35,599 nucleotides of DNA from a virus (lineage: Duplodnaviria > Heunggongvirae > Uroviricota > Caudoviricetes), in the IMG/VR virus record IMGVR_UViG_3300021255_004328; one strand, 5' to 3'. The notes below the pieces were generated by a model, which was not told the DNA's origin, did no database searches, and was given only the letters and a program-made list of their open reading frames with translations. The translations under genes were made by a program, and so were the position numbers. Every line of letters begins with the position of its first letter. Positions within the stretch are counted from its first letter, which is position 1. This document shows positions 33,897 to 35,599 of the stretch, in pieces.

Positions 33897-35582
33897 ATGA
33901 GTGCAACATCAGTAATTGCAGGTCAGAAAGACGCTGCAGCATTGCGTGAGGCAACAAGAAAAACTCTCGCAAAAACAGAAAGAGAATTCCGTGGAGCTAA
34001 GTTCGTAGAATCTTGGTCTCGTATCCCTAAAATCGGTGCAGGTTTGAATAAGCTTCCTGAAGCAGTAGCTCGTAACACAGCTATCAACCTTCAGACACAG
34101 GCTGCTTCAATGGCAAAGATGACAGAAGCACAGCTTTCAACTTCATTCCAAGGTTTCACACCTGAGAATATGTTGAGACTTGTTCGTCTTGCAATGCCTA
34201 ACACTTGCCGTAACAAGGTATTCACAGAGTTCGCTATGGAGTCAGCAAAGGACTCTATCAAATACATCAAACCTGTTTATTCAAAGACAGTTGATGGTGG
34301 TGATCTTCACGACAAGCACACTGCTAACAAAGAAGGTGCTTATCAGGATGCATCAAAGTATAAAGATGTTTACAACGACATCAACGAAGACGATTTCCAG
34401 AGAGCTCTCTATGAGAACACTGAAGACCGCTTCACTCAGGAGCTTGTAAACATTCAGGGTACAGGTGGAGTATTCACAATCCCTGCAACTCCTGCTGCTG
34501 ATGCAAATCCTTTTGTTAAAGCATCAAAGCTCATCCCAGGTTATATGAAAGTATACGTTGGTGATGAAACACACCCAGTTGCTGAAGAGAACAAAAGAAC
34601 AGGAAACTTCTTCGTAAACACAGAAGACTATCCTAACGCAAAAGTAACAAAGACTGAAGACGAAGAAACAGGTGATATCACAATCAAAGTTGAAGGCGTT
34701 GAAGGCGATGTTAAAGTATTTGCACGTTTCGATATGGAAGACGACTTCCTCGGAACAAACCTTGGTGAGATTGAACTCGTAATGAGCGACTACAAGTTTG
34801 AACCACGCCCAACAACAATTGGTGTTACTTGGTCACAGCTTGCTGAAATCACTCTTGACGCTTCATTCGGTCTTTCAGCTCAGGATATGTTGGTACAGTA
34901 TGCAGGTGATGCAATCCGTATCAATCTCGACCTCCGTTCATTCAAGCTCGCTTACGGTGTAGCTCGTTCAAACAAGGACTATATCGTTGAGTTCGATGCT
35001 GCTTATGGCAACGGTGAAAACATCGAAGGTTACTTCCACACAGCTCAGACATTCCCATCTGCAGTTGATACAGTAACTGACGTTATGGTAAACGACATCA
35101 ACCGTGGTGGCGTTTCAAGAATGGTTGCAGGTTTCTCTGCAGGTTCTTACCTCAAACTCGTTAAGGGTACATTCTCTGACAAAGGCCGTCAGGCTGCAAA
35201 GGGTATTTACCAGATTGGTGAGTTCGGTGGAATCCCAACATTCAAGGCTCCTTCAAGCATTATCCCAACAAATGAGATTATGTGTGTATGGAAGGACGAC
35301 GAGAACGAAGGCGACGTTGCAATCGCATTCGGAACATTGGTTCCATTCTTCAACACTGGTATCATCCAGAGAAAGAACTTCTACAAAGAAGCTGGTCTTG
35401 CAACATACGGTGACTGGGCAGTACTTAACAGACGTTATCTCGCTCTTATCCGTATCAAGGGATTGAAGGATACAACAGACGGCCGTGTAGGCGGTATGTT
35501 GAAGTACTCAAACCCTAACGCAACAGCAGCAAAACCTGCTGCAGCTAGCGGAAACGGTGGAAGCACAGGAAGCGGAGACTAA
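33897..35582 (+). CDS. major capsid protein (T4 gp23-like, HK97 fold)
   Basis: LVRLAMPN, EIELVM...PRPTTIGVTWSQ...DAS.FG...AIRINLD follow gp23 motifs; strongly biased codons; ATG 33897 with AAGGAAAGGTG upstream. Confidence 0.85.
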   Translation: MSATSVIAGQKDAAALREATRKTLAKTEREFRGAKFVESWSRIPKIGAGLNKLPEAVARNTAINLQTQAASMAKMTEAQLSTSFQGFTPENMLRLVRLAMPNTCRNKVFTEFAMESAKDSIKYIKPVYSKTVDGGDLHDKHTANKEGAYQDASKYKDVYNDINEDDFQRALYENTEDRFTQELVNIQGTGGVFTIPATPAADANPFVKASKLIPGYMKVYVGDETHPVAEENKRTGNFFVNTEDYPNAKVTKTEDEETGDITIKVEGVEGDVKVFARFDMEDDFLGTNLGEIELVMSDYKFEPRPTTIGVTWSQLAEITLDASFGLSAQDMLVQYAGDAIRINLDLRSFKLAYGVARSNKDYIVEFDAAYGNGENIEGYFHTAQTFPSAVDTVTDVMVNDINRGGVSRMVAGFSAGSYLKLVKGTFSDKGRQAAKGIYQIGEFGGIPTFKAPSSIIPTNEIMCVWKDDENEGDVAIAFGTLVPFFNTGIIQRKNFYKEAGLATYGDWAVLNRRYLALIRIKGLKDTTDGRVGGMLKYSNPNATAAKPAAASGNGGSTGSGD

Positions 35583-35599
35583 TCCGTCACGGGCATAAA

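Overview
AT-rich segment of a large, T4-related (myovirus-like) bacteriophage genome, read in the standard bacterial code. It holds a complete tmRNA gene (2141-2521, minus). Directly beside it is a ~380-nt structured non-coding region built from four 'NCCA + hairpin + AAAC' modules, the most unusual element in the window. Replication and recombination genes: DnaB helicase, DnaC-like loader, putative gp32-like SSB, RecU-like resolvase, SbcC/Rad50, and a stand-alone family-A polymerase fragment ending in a degenerate intein-like tail. Nucleotide and DNA-modification genes: T4 gp42-like dCMP hydroxymethylase, dCMP deaminase, two P-loop kinases, a beta-class DNA methyltransferase and a SLOG protein. 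Also present are a sigma-70-like factor with extra domains, an MqsR-like RNase domain, and virion genes (gp23-like capsid, tail tube and a long tube paralogue, tail-fibre-like proteins, an LRR receptor-binding candidate). Three recurring upstream motifs suggest an early/middle/late transcription programme. A 33-bp inverted repeat occurs twice, 12.7 kb apart. All product calls come from reading motifs by eye; no database searches were run and the host cannot be determined from this window.
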